DNA from: Eledone cirrhosa | Taxonomy: Eukaryota | DNA: 64,000 nt | Reading direction: 5' to 3' | Assembly (NCBI GenBank): GCA_964016885.1 | Contig: OZ024742.1 | Location: forward strand, 148,304,001-148,368,000 | Part shown: piece after piece, positions 1 through 18,799 of the stretch | How the letters are laid out: the number at the start of each line of letters is the position of its first letter | How positions within the stretch are numbered: the first letter of the stretch is position 1 | The notes under the pieces: generated by a model | Database searches by the model: none | Told to the model about the DNA's origin: nothing | What the model saw: the letters and a program-made list of their open reading frames with translations, nothing else | Position numbers and translations under genes: made by a program

Positions 1-1399
1 CAACCATTACTACTACAACCATTACCACCACCATAACAACCATTACCACCTCCGCAATCAATACTACTACAATCATTACCACCACCATACCAACTATTAC
101 CACCACCACAACAGCCTTTACCACCTCCGCAATCATTACTACTACATCCATTACCACAATCATAACAACCATTACCACCTCCGCAATAATTATTACAACA
201 ACCATTACCAACACCATAACAACCATTACCATCTCCGCAATCATTACTACTTCAACCATTACCACCTCCGCAACCATTACTACTACAACCATTACCACCA
301 CCATAACAACCATTAACACCTCCGCAATCATTACTACTACAAACATTACCACCACCGCAATCATTACTACTACAACCATTACCACCACCATAACAACCAT
401 TACCACCTCCGCAATCATTACTACTACAACCATTACCACCACCATTAAAACCATTACCACCTCCTCAACCATTACCACTACCATAACAACCATTACCACC
501 TCCTCAACCATTACTACTACAACCATTACCACTACCATAACAACCATTACCACCTCCGCAATCATTACTACTACAACCATTACCACCACCATAAAAACCA
601 TTACCACCTCCTCAACCATTACTACTACAAACATTACCACTACCATAACAACCATTACCACCTCCGCAATCATTACTACTACAACGATTACCACCTCCGC
701 AATCATTACTACTACAACCATTACCAGCACCATAAAAACCATTACCACCTCCTCAACCATTACTACTACAACCATTACCACTACCATAACAACCATTACC
801 ACCTCCGCAATCATTACTACTACAACGATTACCACCTCCACAATCATTACTACTACAACCATTACCACCACCATAACCACCATTACCACCTCCTCAACCA
901 TTACTACTACAACGATTACCACCACCATAACAACCATTACCACCTCCGCAATCATTACTACTACAACGATTACCACCACCATAACAACCATTACCACCTC
1001 CGCAATCATTACTACTACAACCATTACCACCACCGCAATCATTACTACTACAACCATTACCACTACCATAACAACCATTACCACCTCCGCAATCATTACT
1101 ACTACAACCATTACCACCACCATAACCACCATTACCACCTCCTCAACCATTACTACTACAACGATTACCACCACCATAACAACCATTACCACCTCCGCAA
1201 TCATTACTACTACAACGATTACCACCACCATAACAACCATTACCACCTCCGCAATCATTACTACTACAAACATTACCACCACCGCAATCATTACTACTAC
1301 AACCATTACCACCACCATAACAACCATTACCACCTCCGCAATAATTACTACTACAAACATTACCACCACCGCAATCATTAGTACTACAACCATTACCAC

Positions 1400-4300
1400 C
1401 ACCATAACAACCATTACCACCTCCGCAACCATTACTACTACAAACATTACCACCACCGCAATCATTACTACTACAACCATTACCACCAACATAACAACCA
1501 TTACCACCTCCGCAGTCATTACTAATACAACGATTACCACCACCATAACAACAATTACCACCTCCGCAATCATTACTACTACAACCATTACTACCCCCAT
1601 AACAACCATTACCTCCACCATAACAACCATTACCACCACCGCAATCATTAGTACTACAACCATTACCACCACCATAACAACCATTACCACCTCCGCAACC
1701 ATTACTACTACAAACATTACCACCACCGCAATCATTACTACTACAACCATTACCACCACCATACCAACCATTACCACAACCACACAGCCATTACCACCTC
1801 CGCAATCATTACTACTACAACCATTACCACCAACATAACAACCATTACCACCTCTGCAATCATTAATACTAGAACCATTACCACCTCTGCAATCATTACT
1901 ACTACAACCATTACCACCACCATAACAACCATTACCACCTCCGCAATCATTACTACTACAATCATTACCACTACCATAACAACCATTACCACCTCCGCAA
2001 TCATTACCACCTCCGCAATCATTACTACTACAACCATTACCACCACCATAACAACCATTACCACCTCCGCAACCATTACTACTACAAACCTTACCACCAC
2101 CGCAATCATTACTACTACAACCATTACCACCACCATAACAACCATTACCACCTCCGCAGTCATTACTAATACAACGATTACCACCACCATAACAACAATT
2201 AGCACCTCCGCAATCATTACTACTACAACCATTACTACCACCATAACAACCATTACCTCCACCATAACAACCATTACCACCACCGAAATCATTACTACTA
2301 CAACCATTACCACCACCATAACAAACATTACCACCACCATAACAACCATTGCCACCTCCGCAATCTTTACTACTACAACCATTACCACCACCATACCAAC
2401 CATTACCACAACCACACAGCGATTACCACCTCCGCAATCATTACTACTACAACCATTACCACCACAATAACAACCATTACCAACTCTGCAATCATTATTA
2501 CTAGAACCATTACCACAAACATTACCACCTCTGCAATCATTACTACTATAACCATTACCACCACCATAACAACCATTACCACCTCTGCAATCATTACTAC
2601 TAGAACCATTACCACCACCATAACAACCATTACCACCTCTGCAATCATTACTACTACAACCATTACCACCACCATAACAACCATTACCACCACCATAACA
2701 ACCCTTACCACCTCTGCAATCATTACTACTACAACCATTACCACTACCATAACAACCATTACCACCTCCGCAATCATTACTACTACAACCATTACCACTA
2801 CGATAACAACCATTACCACCTCCGCAATCATTACTACTTCAAGCATTACCACCTCCGCAATCATTACTACTACAACCATTACCACCACCATAACAACCAT
2901 TACCACCTCCGCAATCATCACTACTACAAACATTACCACCTCCGCAATCATTACTACTACAACCATTACCACCACCATAACAACCATTACCACCTCCGCA
3001 ACCATTACTACTACAACCATTACCACCACCATAACAACCAATACCACCTCCGCAATCATTACTACTACAACCATTACCACCACATAACAACCAATACCAC
3101 CTCCGCAATCATTATTACAACAACCATTACCACCACCATAACAAACATTACCACCTCCGCAATCATTACTACTTCAACCATTACCACCACCATAACAACC
3201 AATACCACCTCCGCAATCATTATTACAACAACCATTACCACCACCATAACAACCATTACCACCTCCGCAACCATTACTACTACAACCATTACCACCACCA
3301 TAACAACCAATACCACCTCCGCAATCATTACTACTACAACCATTACCACCACATAACAACCAATACCACCTCCGCAATCATTATTACAACAACCATTACC
3401 ACCACCATAACAACCATTACCACCTCCGCAACCATTACTACTACAACCATTACCACCACCATAACAACCATTACCACCTCTGCAATCATTACTACTACAA
3501 CCATTACCACCACCATAACAACCATTACCACCTCCGCAACCATTACTACTACAACCATTACCACCATCATAACAAACATTACCACCTCCACAACCATTAC
3601 TACTACAACCATTACCACTACCATAACAACCATTATCACCTCCGCATTCATTACTACTACAACCATTACCACCACCATAACAAACATTACCACCACCATA
3701 ACAACCATTGCCACCTCCGCAATCTTTACTACTACAACCATTACCACCACTATTACCACCACCACAACAGCCATTACCACCTCCGCAATCATTACTACTA
3801 CAACCATTAGCACCATCATAACAACCATTACCACCTCCGCAATCATTATTACAACAACCATTACCACCACAATAACAACCATTACCATCTCCGCAATCAT
3901 TACTACTTCAACCATTACCACCTCCGCAATCATTAATACTACAACCATTAGCACCACCATAACAACCATTAACACCTCCGCAATGATTACTACTACAAAC
4001 ATTACCACCTCCGCAACCATTACTACTACAACCATTACCACTACCATAACAACCATTACCACCTCCGCAATCATTACTACTACAACGATTACCACCACCA
4101 TAACAACCATTACCACCTCCGCAATCATTAATACTACAACCATTACCACCACCATAACCACCATTACCACCTCCGCAACCATTACTACTACAACCATTAC
4201 CACTACCATAACAACCATTACCACCTCCGCAATCATTACTACTACAACGATTACCACCACCTCCGCAATCATTACTACTACAACCATTACCACCACCATA

Positions 4301-7300
4301 ACAACCATTACCACCTCCGCAATCATTACTACTACAAACATTACCACCACCGCAATCATTACTATTACAACCATTACCACCACCATAACAACCATTGCCA
4401 CCTCCGCAAGCTTTACTACTACAACCATTACCACCACCATACCTACCATTACCACAACCACACAGCCATTACCACCTCCGCAATCATTACTACTACAACC
4501 ATTACCACCACAATAACAACCATTACCACCCCCATAACTACCATTACCACCACCATAACAACCATTACCACCTCTGCAATCATTACTACTAGAACCATTA
4601 CCACCACCATCACAACCATTACCACCTCTGCAATCATTACTACTAGAACCATTACCACCACCATAACAACCATTACCACCTCTGCAATCATTACTACTAC
4701 AACCATTACCACTACCATAACAACCATTACCACCTCCGCAATCATTACTACTTCAAGCATTACCACCTCCGCAATCATTACTACTACAACCATTACCACC
4801 ACCATAACAACCATTACCACCTCCGCAACCATTACTACTACAAACATTACCACCACCGCAATCATTACTACTACAACCATTACCACCACCATAACAACCA
4901 TTACCACCTCCGCAGTCATTACTACAACAACCATTACTACCATAATAACAACCATTACCTCCACCATAACAACCATTACCACCACCGCAATCATTACTAC
5001 TACAACCATTACCACCACCATAACAAACATTACCACCACCATAACAACCATTGCCACCTCCGCAATCTTTACTACTACAACCATTACCACCACCATACCA
5101 ACCATTACCACAACCACACAGCCATTACCACCTCCGCAATCATTGCTACTACAACCATTACCACCACAATAACAACCATTACCACCCCCATAACTACCAT
5201 TACCACCACCATAACAACCAATACCACCTCTGCAATCATTACTGCTAGAACCATTGCCACCACCATAACAACCATTACCACCTCTGCAATCATTACTACT
5301 AGAACCATTACCACCACCATAACAACCATTACCACCTCTGCAATCATTACTACTACAACCATTACCACCACCATAACAACCATTACCACCTCCGCAATCA
5401 TTACTACTACAACCATTACCACTACCATAACAACCATTACCACCTCCGCAATCATTACTACTACAACCATTACCACCACCATAACAACCATCACCACCTC
5501 CGCAGTCATTACTAATACAACGATTACCACCACCATAACAACCATTACCTCGACCGCAATCATTACTACTACAACCATTACTACCACCATAACAACCATT
5601 ACCTCCACCATAACAACCATTACCACCACCGCAATCATTACTACTACAACCATTACCACCACCATAACAAACATTACCACCACCATAACAACCATTACCA
5701 CCTCCGCAATCTTTACTACTACAACCATTACCACCACCATAGCAACCATTACCACAACCACACAGCCATTACCACCTCCGCAATCATTACTACTACAACC
5801 ATTACCACCACAATAACAACCATTACCACCAACATAACAACCATTACCACCTCTGCAATCATTATTACTAGAACCATTACCACCACCATAACAACCATTA
5901 CCAACACTGCAATCATTATTACTAGAACCATTACCACCACCATAACAACCATTACCACCTCTGCAATCATTACTACTACAACCATTACCACCACCATAAC
6001 AACCATTACCACCTCCGCAATCATTACTACTACAACCATTACCACCACAATAACAACCATTACCATCTCCGCAATCATTACTACTTCAACCATTACCACC
6101 TCCGCAATCATTAATACTACAACCATTACCACCACCATAACAACCATTAACACCTCCGCAATCATTACTACTACAAACATTACCACCTCCGCAACCATTA
6201 CTACTACAACCATTACCACTACCATAACAACCATTACCACCTCCGCAATCATTACTACTACAACGATTACCACCACCATAACAACCATTACCACCTCCGC
6301 AATCATTAATACTACAACCATTACCACCACCATAACCACCATTACCACCTCCGCAACCATTACTACTACAACCATTACCACTACCATAACAACCATTACC
6401 ACCTCCGCAATCATTACTACTACAACGATTACCACCACCTCCGCAATCATTACTACTACAACCATTACCACCACCATAACAACCATTACCACCTCCGCAA
6501 TCATTACTACTACAAACATTACCACCACCGCAATCATTACTATTACAACCATTACCACCACCATAACAACCATTGCCACCTCCGCAAGCTTTACTACTAC
6601 AACCATTACCACCACCATACCTACCATTACCACAACCACACAGCCATTACCACCTCCGCAATCATTACTACTACAACCATTACCACCACAATAACAACCA
6701 TTACCACCCCCATAACTACCATTACCACCACCATAACAACCATTACCACCTCTGCAATCATTACTACTAGAACCATTACCACCACCATCACAACCATTAC
6801 CACCTCTGCAATCATTACTACTAGAACCATTACCACCACCATAACAACCATTACCACCTCTGCAATCATTACTACTACAACCATTACCACTACCATAACA
6901 ACCATTACCACCTCCGCAATCATTACTACTTCAAGCATTACCACCTCCGCAATCATTACTACTACAACCATTACCACCACCATAACAACCATTACCACCT
7001 CCGCAACCATTACTACTACAAACATTACCACCACCGCAATCATTACTACTACAACCATTACCACCACCATAACAACCATTACCACCTCCGCAGTCATTAC
7101 TACAACAACCATTACTACCATAATAACAACCATTACCTCCACCATAACAACCATTACCACCACCGCAATCATTACTACTACAACCATTACCACCACCATA
7201 ACAAACATTACCACCACCATAACAACCATTGCCACCTCCGCAATCTTTACTACTACAACCATTACCACCACCATACCAACCATTACCACAACCACACAGC

Positions 7301-10300
7301 CATTACCACCTCCGCAATCATTGCTACTACAACCATTACCACCACAATAACAACCATTACCACCCCCATAACTACCATTACCACCACCATAACAACCAAT
7401 ACCACCTCTGCAATCATTACTGCTAGAACCATTGCCACCACCATAACAACCATTACCACCTCTGCAATCATTACTACTAGAACCATTACCACCACCATAA
7501 CAACCATTACCACCTCTGCAATCATTACTACTACAACCATTACCACCACCATAACAACCATTACCACCTCCGCAATCATTACTACTACAACCATTACCAC
7601 TACCATAACAACCATTACCACCTCCGCAATCATTACTACTACAACCATTACCACCACCATAACAACCATCACCACCTCCGCAGTCATTACTAATACAACG
7701 ATTACCACCACCATAACAACCATTACCTCGACCGCAATCATTACTACTACAACCATTACTACCACCATAACAACCATTACCTCCACCATAACAACCATTA
7801 CCACCACCGCAATCATTACTACTACAACCATTACCACCACCATAACAAACATTACCACCACCATAACAACCATTACCACCTCCGCAATCTTTACTACTAC
7901 AACCATTACCACCACCATAGCAACCATTACCACAACCACACAGCCATTACCACCTCCGCAATCATTACTACTACAACCATTACCACCACAATAACAACCA
8001 TTACCACCAACATAACAACCATTACCACCTCTGCAATCATTATTACTAGAACCATTACCACCACCATAACAACCATTACCAACACTGCAATCATTATTAC
8101 TAGAACCATTACCACCACCATAACAACCATTACCACCTCTGCAATCATTACTACTACAACCATTACCACCACCATAACAACCATTACCACCTCCGCAATC
8201 ATTACTACTACAACGATTACCACCACCACAACAACCATTACCACCTCCGCAATCATTACTACTACAACCATTACCACCACCATAACAACCAATACCACCT
8301 CCGCAATCATTACTACTTCAAGCATTACCACCTCCGCAATCATTACTACTACAACCATTACCACCACCATAACAACCATTACCACCTCCGCAATCATTAC
8401 TACTACAACCATTACCACTACCATAACAACCATTACCACCTCCGCAATCATTACTACTTCAAGCATTACCACCTCCGCAATCATTACTACTACAACCATT
8501 ACCACCACCATAACAACCATTACCACCTCCGCAATCATTACTACTACAACCATTACCACTACCATAACAACCATTACCACCTCCGCAACCATTACTACTA
8601 CAAACATTACCACCACCGCAATCATTACTACTACAACCATTACCACCAACATAACAACCATTACCACCTCCGCAGTCATTACTAATACAACGATTACCAC
8701 CACCATAACAACAATTACCACCTCCGCAATCATTACTACTACAACCATTACTACCCCCATAACAACCATTACCTCCACCATAACAACCATTACCACCACC
8801 GCAATCATTAGTACTACAACCATTACCACCACCATAATAACCATTACCACCTCCGCAACCATTACTACTACAAACATTACCACCACCGCAATCATTACTA
8901 CTACAACCATTACCACCACCATACCAACCATTACCACAACCACACAGCCATTACCACCTCCGCAATCATTACTACTACAACCATTACCACCAACATAACA
9001 ACCATTACCACCTCTGCAATCATTAATACTAGAACCATTACCACCTCTGCAATCATTACTACTACAACCATTACCACCACCATAACAACCATTACCACCT
9101 CCGCAATCATTACTACTACAATCATTACCACTACCATAACAACCATTACCACCTCCGCAATCATTACCACCTCCGCAATCATTACTACTACAACCATTAC
9201 CACCACCATAACAACCATTACCACCTCCGCAACCATTACTACTACAAACCTTACCACCACCGCAATCATTACTACTACAACCATTACCACCACCATAACA
9301 ACCATTACCACCTCCGCAGTCATTACTAATACAACGATTACCACCACCATAACAACAATTAGCACCTCCGCAATCATTACTACTACAACCATTACTACCA
9401 CCATAACAACCATTACCTCCACCATAACAACCATTACCACCACCGAAATCATTACTACTACAACCATTACCACCACCATAACAAACATTACCACCACCAT
9501 AACAACCATTGCCACCTCCGCAATCTTTACTACTACAACCATTACCACCACCATACCAACCATTACCACAACCACACAGCGATTACCACCTCCGCAATCA
9601 TTACTACTACAACCATTACCACCACAATAACAACCATTACCAACTCTGCAATCATTATTACTAGAACCATTACCACAAACATTACCACCTCTGCAATCAT
9701 TACTACTATAACCATTACCACCACCATAACAACCATTACCACCTCTGCAATCATTACTACTAGAACCATTACCACCACCATAACAACCATTACCACCTCT
9801 GCAATCATTACTACTACAACCATTACCACCACCATAACAACCATTACCACCACCATAACAACCCTTACCACCTCTGCAATCATTACTACTACAACCATTA
9901 CCACTACCATAACAACCATTACCACCTCCGCAATCATTACTACTACAACCATTACCACTACGATAACAACCATTACCACCTCCGCAATCATTACTACTTC
10001 AAGCATTACCACCTCCGCAATCATTACTACTACAACCATTACCACCACCATAACAACCATTACCACCTCCGCAATCATCACTACTACAAACATTACCACC
10101 TCCGCAATCATTACTACTACAACCATTACCACCACCATAACAACCATTACCACCTCCGCAACCATTACTACTACAACCATTACCACCACCATAACAACCA
10201 ATACCACCTCCGCAATCATTACTACTACAACCATTACCACCACATAACAACCAATACCACCTCCGCAATCATTATTACAACAACCATTACCACCACCATA

Positions 10301-13300
10301 ACAAACATTACCACCTCCGCAATCATTACTACTTCAACCATTACCACCACCATAACAACCAATACCACCTCCGCAATCATTATTACAACAACCATTACCA
10401 CCACCATAACAACCATTACCACCTCCGCAACCATTACTACTACAACCATTACCACCACCATAACAACCAATACCACCTCCGCAATCATTACTACTACAAC
10501 CATTACCACCACATAACAACCAATACCACCTCCGCAATCATTATTACAACAACCATTACCACCACCATAACAACCATTACCACCTCCGCAACCATTACTA
10601 CTACAACCATTACCACCACCATAACAACCATTACCACCTCTGCAATCATTACTACTACAACCATTACCACCACCATAACAACCATTACCACCTCCGCAAC
10701 CATTACTACTACAACCATTACCACCATCATAACAAACATTACCACCTCCACAACCATTACTACTACAACCATTACCACTACCATAACAACCATTATCACC
10801 TCCGCATTCATTACTACTACAACCATTACCACCACCATAACAAACATTACCACCACCATAACAACCATTGCCACCTCCGCAATCTTTACTACTACAACCA
10901 TTACCACCACTATTACCACCACCACAACAGCCATTACCACCTCCGCAATCATTACTACTACAACCATTAGCACCATCATAACAACCATTACCACCTCCGC
11001 AATCATTATTACAACAACCATTACCACCACAATAACAACCATTACCATCTCCGCAATCATTACTACTTCAACCATTACCACCTCCGCAATCATTAATACT
11101 ACAACCATTACCACCACCATAACAACCATTAACACCTCCGCAATCATTACTACTACAAACATTACCACCTCCGCAACCATTACTACTACAACCATTACCA
11201 CTACCATAACAACCATTACCACCTCCGCAATCATTACTACTACAACGATTACCACCACCATAACAACCATTACCACCTCCGCAATCATTAATACTACAAC
11301 CATTACCACCACCATAACCACCATTACCACCTCCGCAACCATTACTACTACAACCATTACCACTACCATAACAACCATTACCACCTCCGCAATCATTACT
11401 ACTACAACGATTACCACCACCTCCGCAATCATTACTACTACAACCATTACCACCACCATAACAACCATTACCACCTCCGCAATCATTACTACTACAAACA
11501 TTACCACCACCGCAATCATTACTATTACAACCATTACCACCACCATAACAACCATTGCCACCTCCGCAAGCTTTACTACTACAACCATTACCACCACCAT
11601 ACCTACCATTACCACAACCACACAGCCATTACCACCTCCGCAATCATTACTACTACAACCATTACCACCACAATAACAACCATTACCACCCCCATAACTA
11701 CCATTACCACCACCATAACAACCATTACCACCTCTGCAATCATTACTACTAGAACCATTACCACCACCATCACAACCATTACCACCTCTGCAATCATTAC
11801 TACTAGAACCATTACCACCACCATAACAACCATTACCACCTCTGCAATCATTACTACTACAACCATTACCACTACCATAACAACCATTACCACCTCCGCA
11901 ATCATTACTACTTCAAGCATTACCACCTCCGCAATCATTACTACTACAACCATTACCACCACCATAACAACCATTACCACCTCCGCAACCATTACTACTA
12001 CAAACATTACCACCACCGCAATCATTACTACTACAACCATTACCACCACCATAACAACCATTACCACCTCCGCAGTCATTACTACAACAACCATTACTAC
12101 CATAATAACAACCATTACCTCCACCATAACAACCATTACCACCACCGCAATCATTACTACTACAACCATTACCACCACCATAACAAACATTACCACCACC
12201 ATAACAACCATTGCCACCTCCGCAATCTTTACTACTACAACCATTACCACCACCATACCAACCATTACCACAACCACACAGCCATTACCACCTCCGCAAT
12301 CATTGCTACTACAACCATTACCACCACAATAACAACCATTACCACCCCCATAACTACCATTACCACCACCATAACAACCAATACCACCTCTGCAATCATT
12401 ACTGCTAGAACCATTGCCACCACCATAACAACCATTACCACCTCTGCAATCATTACTACTAGAACCATTACCACCACCATAACAACCATTACCACCTCTG
12501 CAATCATTACTACTACAACCATTACCACCACCATAACAACCATTACCACCTCCGCAATCATTACTACTACAACCATTACCACTACCATAACAACCATTAC
12601 CACCTCCGCAATCATTACTACTACAACCATTACCACCACCATAACAACCATCACCACCTCCGCAGTCATTACTAATACAACGATTACCACCACCATAACA
12701 ACCATTACCTCGACCGCAATCATTACTACTACAACCATTACTACCACCATAACAACCATTACCTCCACCATAACAACCATTACCACCACCGCAATCATTA
12801 CTACTACAACCATTACCACCACCATAACAAACATTACCACCACCATAACAACCATTACCACCTCCGCAATCTTTACTACTACAACCATTACCACCACCAT
12901 AGCAACCATTACCACAACCACACAGCCATTACCACCTCCGCAATCATTACTACTACAACCATTACCACCACAATAACAACCATTACCACCAACATAACAA
13001 CCATTACCACCTCTGCAATCATTATTACTAGAACCATTACCACCACCATAACAACCATTACCAACACTGCAATCATTATTACTAGAACCATTACCACCAC
13101 CATAACAACCATTACCACCTCTGCAATCATTACTACTACAACCATTACCACCACCATAACAACCATTACCACCTCCGCAATCATTACTACTACAACCATT
13201 ACCACCACAATAACAACCATTACCATCTCCGCAATCATTACTACTTCAACCATTACCACCTCCGCAATCATTAATACTACAACCATTACCACCACCATAA

Positions 13301-15700
13301 CAACCATTAACACCTCCGCAATCATTACTACTACAAACATTACCACCTCCGCAACCATTACTACTACAACCATTACCACTACCATAACAACCATTACCAC
13401 CTCCGCAATCATTACTACTACAACGATTACCACCACCATAACAACCATTACCACCTCCGCAATCATTAATACTACAACCATTACCACCACCATAACCACC
13501 ATTACCACCTCCGCAACCATTACTACTACAACCATTACCACTACCATAACAACCATTACCACCTCCGCAATCATTACTACTACAACGATTACCACCACCT
13601 CCGCAATCATTACTACTACAACCATTACCACCACCATAACAACCATTACCACCTCCGCAATCATTACTACTACAAACATTACCACCACCGCAATCATTAC
13701 TATTACAACCATTACCACCACCATAACAACCATTGCCACATCCGCAAGCTTTACTACTACAACCATTACCACCACCATACCTACCATTACCACAACCACA
13801 CAGCCATTACCACCTCCGCAATCATTACTACTACAACCATTACCACCACAATAACAACCATTACCACCCCCATAACTACCATTACCACCACCATAACAAC
13901 CATTACCACCTCTGCAATCATTACTACTAGAACCATTACCACCACCATCACAACCATTACCACCTCTGCAATCATTACTACTAGAACCATTACCACCACC
14001 ATAACAACCATTACCACCTCTGCAATCATTACTACTACAACCATTACCACTACCATAACAACCATTACCACCTCCGCAATCATTACTACTTCAAGCATTA
14101 CCACCTCCGCAATCATTACTACTACAACCATTACCACCACCATAACAACCATTACCACCTCCGCAACCATTACTACTACAAACATTACCACCACCGCAAT
14201 CATTACTACTACAACCATTACCACCACCATAACAACCATTACCACCTCCGCAGTCATTACTACAACAACCATTACTACCATAATAACAACCATTACCTCC
14301 ACCATAACAACCATTACCACCATCGCAATCATTACTACTACAACCATTACCACCACCATAACAAACATTACCACCACCATAACAACCATTGCCACCTCCG
14401 CAATCTTTACTACTACAACCATTACCACCACCATACCAACCATTACCACAACCACACAGCCATTACCACCTCCGCAATCATTGCTACTACAACCATTACC
14501 ACCACAATAACAACCATTACCACCCCCATAACTACCATTACCACCACCATAACAACCAATACCACCTCTGCAATCATTACTGCTAGAACCATTGCCACCA
14601 CCATAACAACCATTACCACCTCTGCAATCATTACTACTAGAACCATTACCACCACCATAACAACCATTACCACCTCTGCAATCATTACTACTACAACCAT
14701 TACCACCACCATAACAACCATTACCACCTCCGCAATCATTACTACTACAACCATTACCACTACCATAACAACCATTACCACCTCCGCAATCATTACTACT
14801 ACAACCATTACCACCACCATAACAACCATCACCACCTCCGCAGTCATTACTAATACAACGATTACCACCACCATAACAACCATTACCTCGACCGCAATCA
14901 TTACTACTACAACCATTACTACCACCATAACAACCATTACCTCCACCATAACAACCATTACCACCACCGCAATCATTACTACTACAACCATTACCACCAC
15001 CATAACAAACATTACCACCACCATAACAACCATTACCACCTCCGCAATCTTTACTACTACAACCATTACCACCACCATAGCAACCATTACCACAACCACA
15101 CAGCCATTACCACCTCCGCAATCATTACTACTACAACCATTACCACCACAATAACAACCATTACCACCAACATAACAACCATTACCACCTCTGCAATCAT
15201 TATTACTAGAACCATTACCACCACCATAACAACCATTACCAACACTGCAATCATTATTACTAGAACCATTACCACCACCATAACAACCATTACCACCTCT
15301 GCAATCATTACTACTACAACCATTACCACCACCATAACAACCATTACCACCTCCGCAATCATTACTACTACAACGATTACCACCACCACAACAACCATTA
15401 CCACCTCCGCAATCATTACTACTACAACCATTACCACCACCATAACAACCAATACCACCTCCGCAATCATTACTACTTCAAGCATTACCACCTCCGCAAT
15501 CATTACTACTACAACCATTACCACCACCATAACAACCATTACCACCTCCGCAATCATTACTACTACAACCATTACCACTACCATAACAACCATTACCACC
15601 TCCGCAATCATTACTACTTCAAGCATTACCACCTCCGCAATCATTACTACTACAACCATTACCACCACCATAACAACCATTACCACCTCCGCAATCATTA
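1400..15700. repeat. 7160-bp higher-order tandem duplication (2 copies)
   Basis: ORF landmarks recur at a constant +7160 offset (1771/8931, 2403/9563, 3343/10503, 4449/11609, 5749/12909, 7927/15087). Only a few substitutions were seen between copies. Confidence 0.93.
3855..8208. repeat. 2178-bp higher-order duplication nested in the 7160-bp unit (repeated at +7160)
   Basis: Landmarks recur at a +2178 offset (4449/6627, 5105/7283, 5749/7927) with shared rare variants such as GCAAGCTTT and ACCATCTCC. Confidence 0.9.
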
Positions 15701-18700
15701 CCACCACCATAACAACCATTACCACCACCGCAATCATCACTACTACAAACATTACCACCACCGCAATCATTACTACTACAATCATTACCACCACCATAAC
15801 AACCATTACCACCTCCGCAACCATTACTACTACAACCATTACCACCACCATAACAACCATTACCACCACCGCAATCATTACTACTACAAACATTACCACC
15901 TCCGCAACCATTACTACTACAACCATTACCACCACCATAACAACCATTACCACCTCCGCAATCATTACTACTACAACGATTACCACCACCATAACAACCA
16001 TTACCACCTCCGCAATCATTACTACTACAAACATTACCACCACCATAACAACCATTACCACCACCATAACAACCATTACCACCTCCGCAATCATTACTAC
16101 TACAACGATTACCACCACCATAACAACCATTACCACCTCCGCAATCATTACTACTACAACCATTACCACCACCATAACCACCATTACCACCTCCGCAACC
16201 ATTACTACTACAACCATTACCACTACCATAACAACCATTACCACCTCCGCAATCATTACTACTACAACGATTACCACCACTATAACAACCATTACCACCT
16301 CCGCAATCATTACTACTACAACGATTACCACCACCATAACAACCAGTACCACCTCCGCAATCATTACTACTACAAACATTATCACCACCATAACAACCAT
16401 TACCACCTCCGCAATCATTACTACTACAACGATTACCACCACTATAACAACCATTACCACCTCCGCAATCATTACTACTACAACGATTACCACCACCATA
16501 ACAACCAGTACCACCTCCGCAATCATTACTACTACAACCATTACCACCACCATAACAACCATTACCACCTCCGCAATCATTACTACTACAAACATTACCA
16601 CCACCGCAATCATTACTACTACAACCATTACCACCACCATAACAAACATTACCACCACCATAACAACCATTGCCACCTCCGCAATCTTTACTACTACAAC
16701 CATTACCACCACCATACCTACCATTACCACAACCACACAGCCATTACCACCTCCGCAATCATTACTACTACAACCATTACCACCACAATAACAACCATTA
16801 CCACCCCCATAACTACCATTACCACCATCATAACAACCATTACCACCTCTGCAATCATTACTACTAGAACCATTACCACCACCATAACAACCATTACCAC
16901 CTCTGCAATCATTACTACTAGAACCATTACCACCACCATAACAACCATTACCACCTCTGCAATCATTACTACTAGAACCATTACCACCACCATAACAACC
17001 ATTACCACCTCTGCAATCATTACTACTACAACCATTACCACCACCATAACAACCATTACCACCTCCGCAATCATTACTACTACAACCATCACCACTACCA
17101 TAACAACCATTACCACCTCCGCAATCATTACTACTTGAAGCATTACCACCTCCGCAATCATTACTACTACAACCATTACCACCACCATAACAACCATTAC
17201 CACCTCCTCAAACATTACTACTACAAACATTACCACCACCGCAATCATTACTACTACAACCATTACCACCACCATAACAACCATTAACACCTCCGCAGTC
17301 ATTACTAATACAACGATTACCACCCCCATAACAACAATTACCACCTCCGCAATCATTACTACTACAACCATTACTACCACCATAACAACCATTACCTCCA
17401 CCATAACAAACATTACCACCACCGCAATCATTACTACTACAACCATTACCACCACCATAAGAAACATTACCACCACCATACCAACCATTACCACAACCAC
17501 ACAGCCATTACCACCTCCGCAATCATTACTACTACAAACATTACCACCACAATAACAACCTTTACCACCCCCATAACTACCATTACCACCACCATAACAA
17601 CCATTACCACCTCTGCAATCATTACTACTAGAACCATTACCACCACCATAACAACCATTACCACCTCTGCAATCATTACTACTACAACCATTACCACCAC
17701 CATAACAACCATTACCACCACCATAACAACCATTACCACCTCTGCAATCATTACTACTACAACCATTACCACTACCATAACAACCATTACCACCTCCGCA
17801 ATCATTACTACTACAACCATTACCACCACCATAACAACCATTACCACCTCCGCAATCATCACTACTACAAACATTACCACCTCCGCAATCATTACTACTA
17901 CAACCATTACCACCACCATAACAACCATTACCACCTCCGCAACCATTACTACTACAACCATTACCACCACCATAACAACCAATACCACCTCCGAAATCAT
18001 TACTACTACAACCATTACCACCACATAACAACCAATACCACCTCCGCAATCATTATTACAACAACCATTACCACCACCATAACAACCATTACCACCTCCG
18101 CAATCATTACTACTTCAACCATTACCACCACCATAACAACCAATACCACCTCCGCAATCATTATTACAACAACCATTACCACCACCATAACAACCATTAC
18201 CACCTCCGCAACCATTACTACTACAACCATTACCACCACCATAACAACCAATACCACCTCCGCAATCATTACTACTACAACCATTACCACCACATAACAA
18301 CCAATACCACCTCCGCAATCATTATTACAACAACCATTACCACCACCATAACAACCAATACCACCTCCGCAATCATTACTACTACAACAATTACCACCAC
18401 CATAACAAACATTACCTCCTCCGCAATCATTACTACTACAACCATTACCACCACCATAAGAAACATTACCACCACCACAACAGCCATTACCACCTCCACA
18501 ATCATTACTACTACAACCATTACCACCATCATAACAACCATTACAACCTCCGCAATCATTAATACTACAACCATTGCTACCAACATAACAACCATCACCA
18601 CCTCCGCAATCATTATTACAACAACCATTACCACCACCATAACAACCATTACCACCTCCGCAATCATTACTACTACAAACATTACCACCACCATAACCAC

Positions 18701-18799
18701 CATTACCACCTCCGCAATCATTACTACTACAACCATCACCACTACCATAACAACCATTACCACCTCCGCAATCATTACTACTTCAAGCATTACCACCAC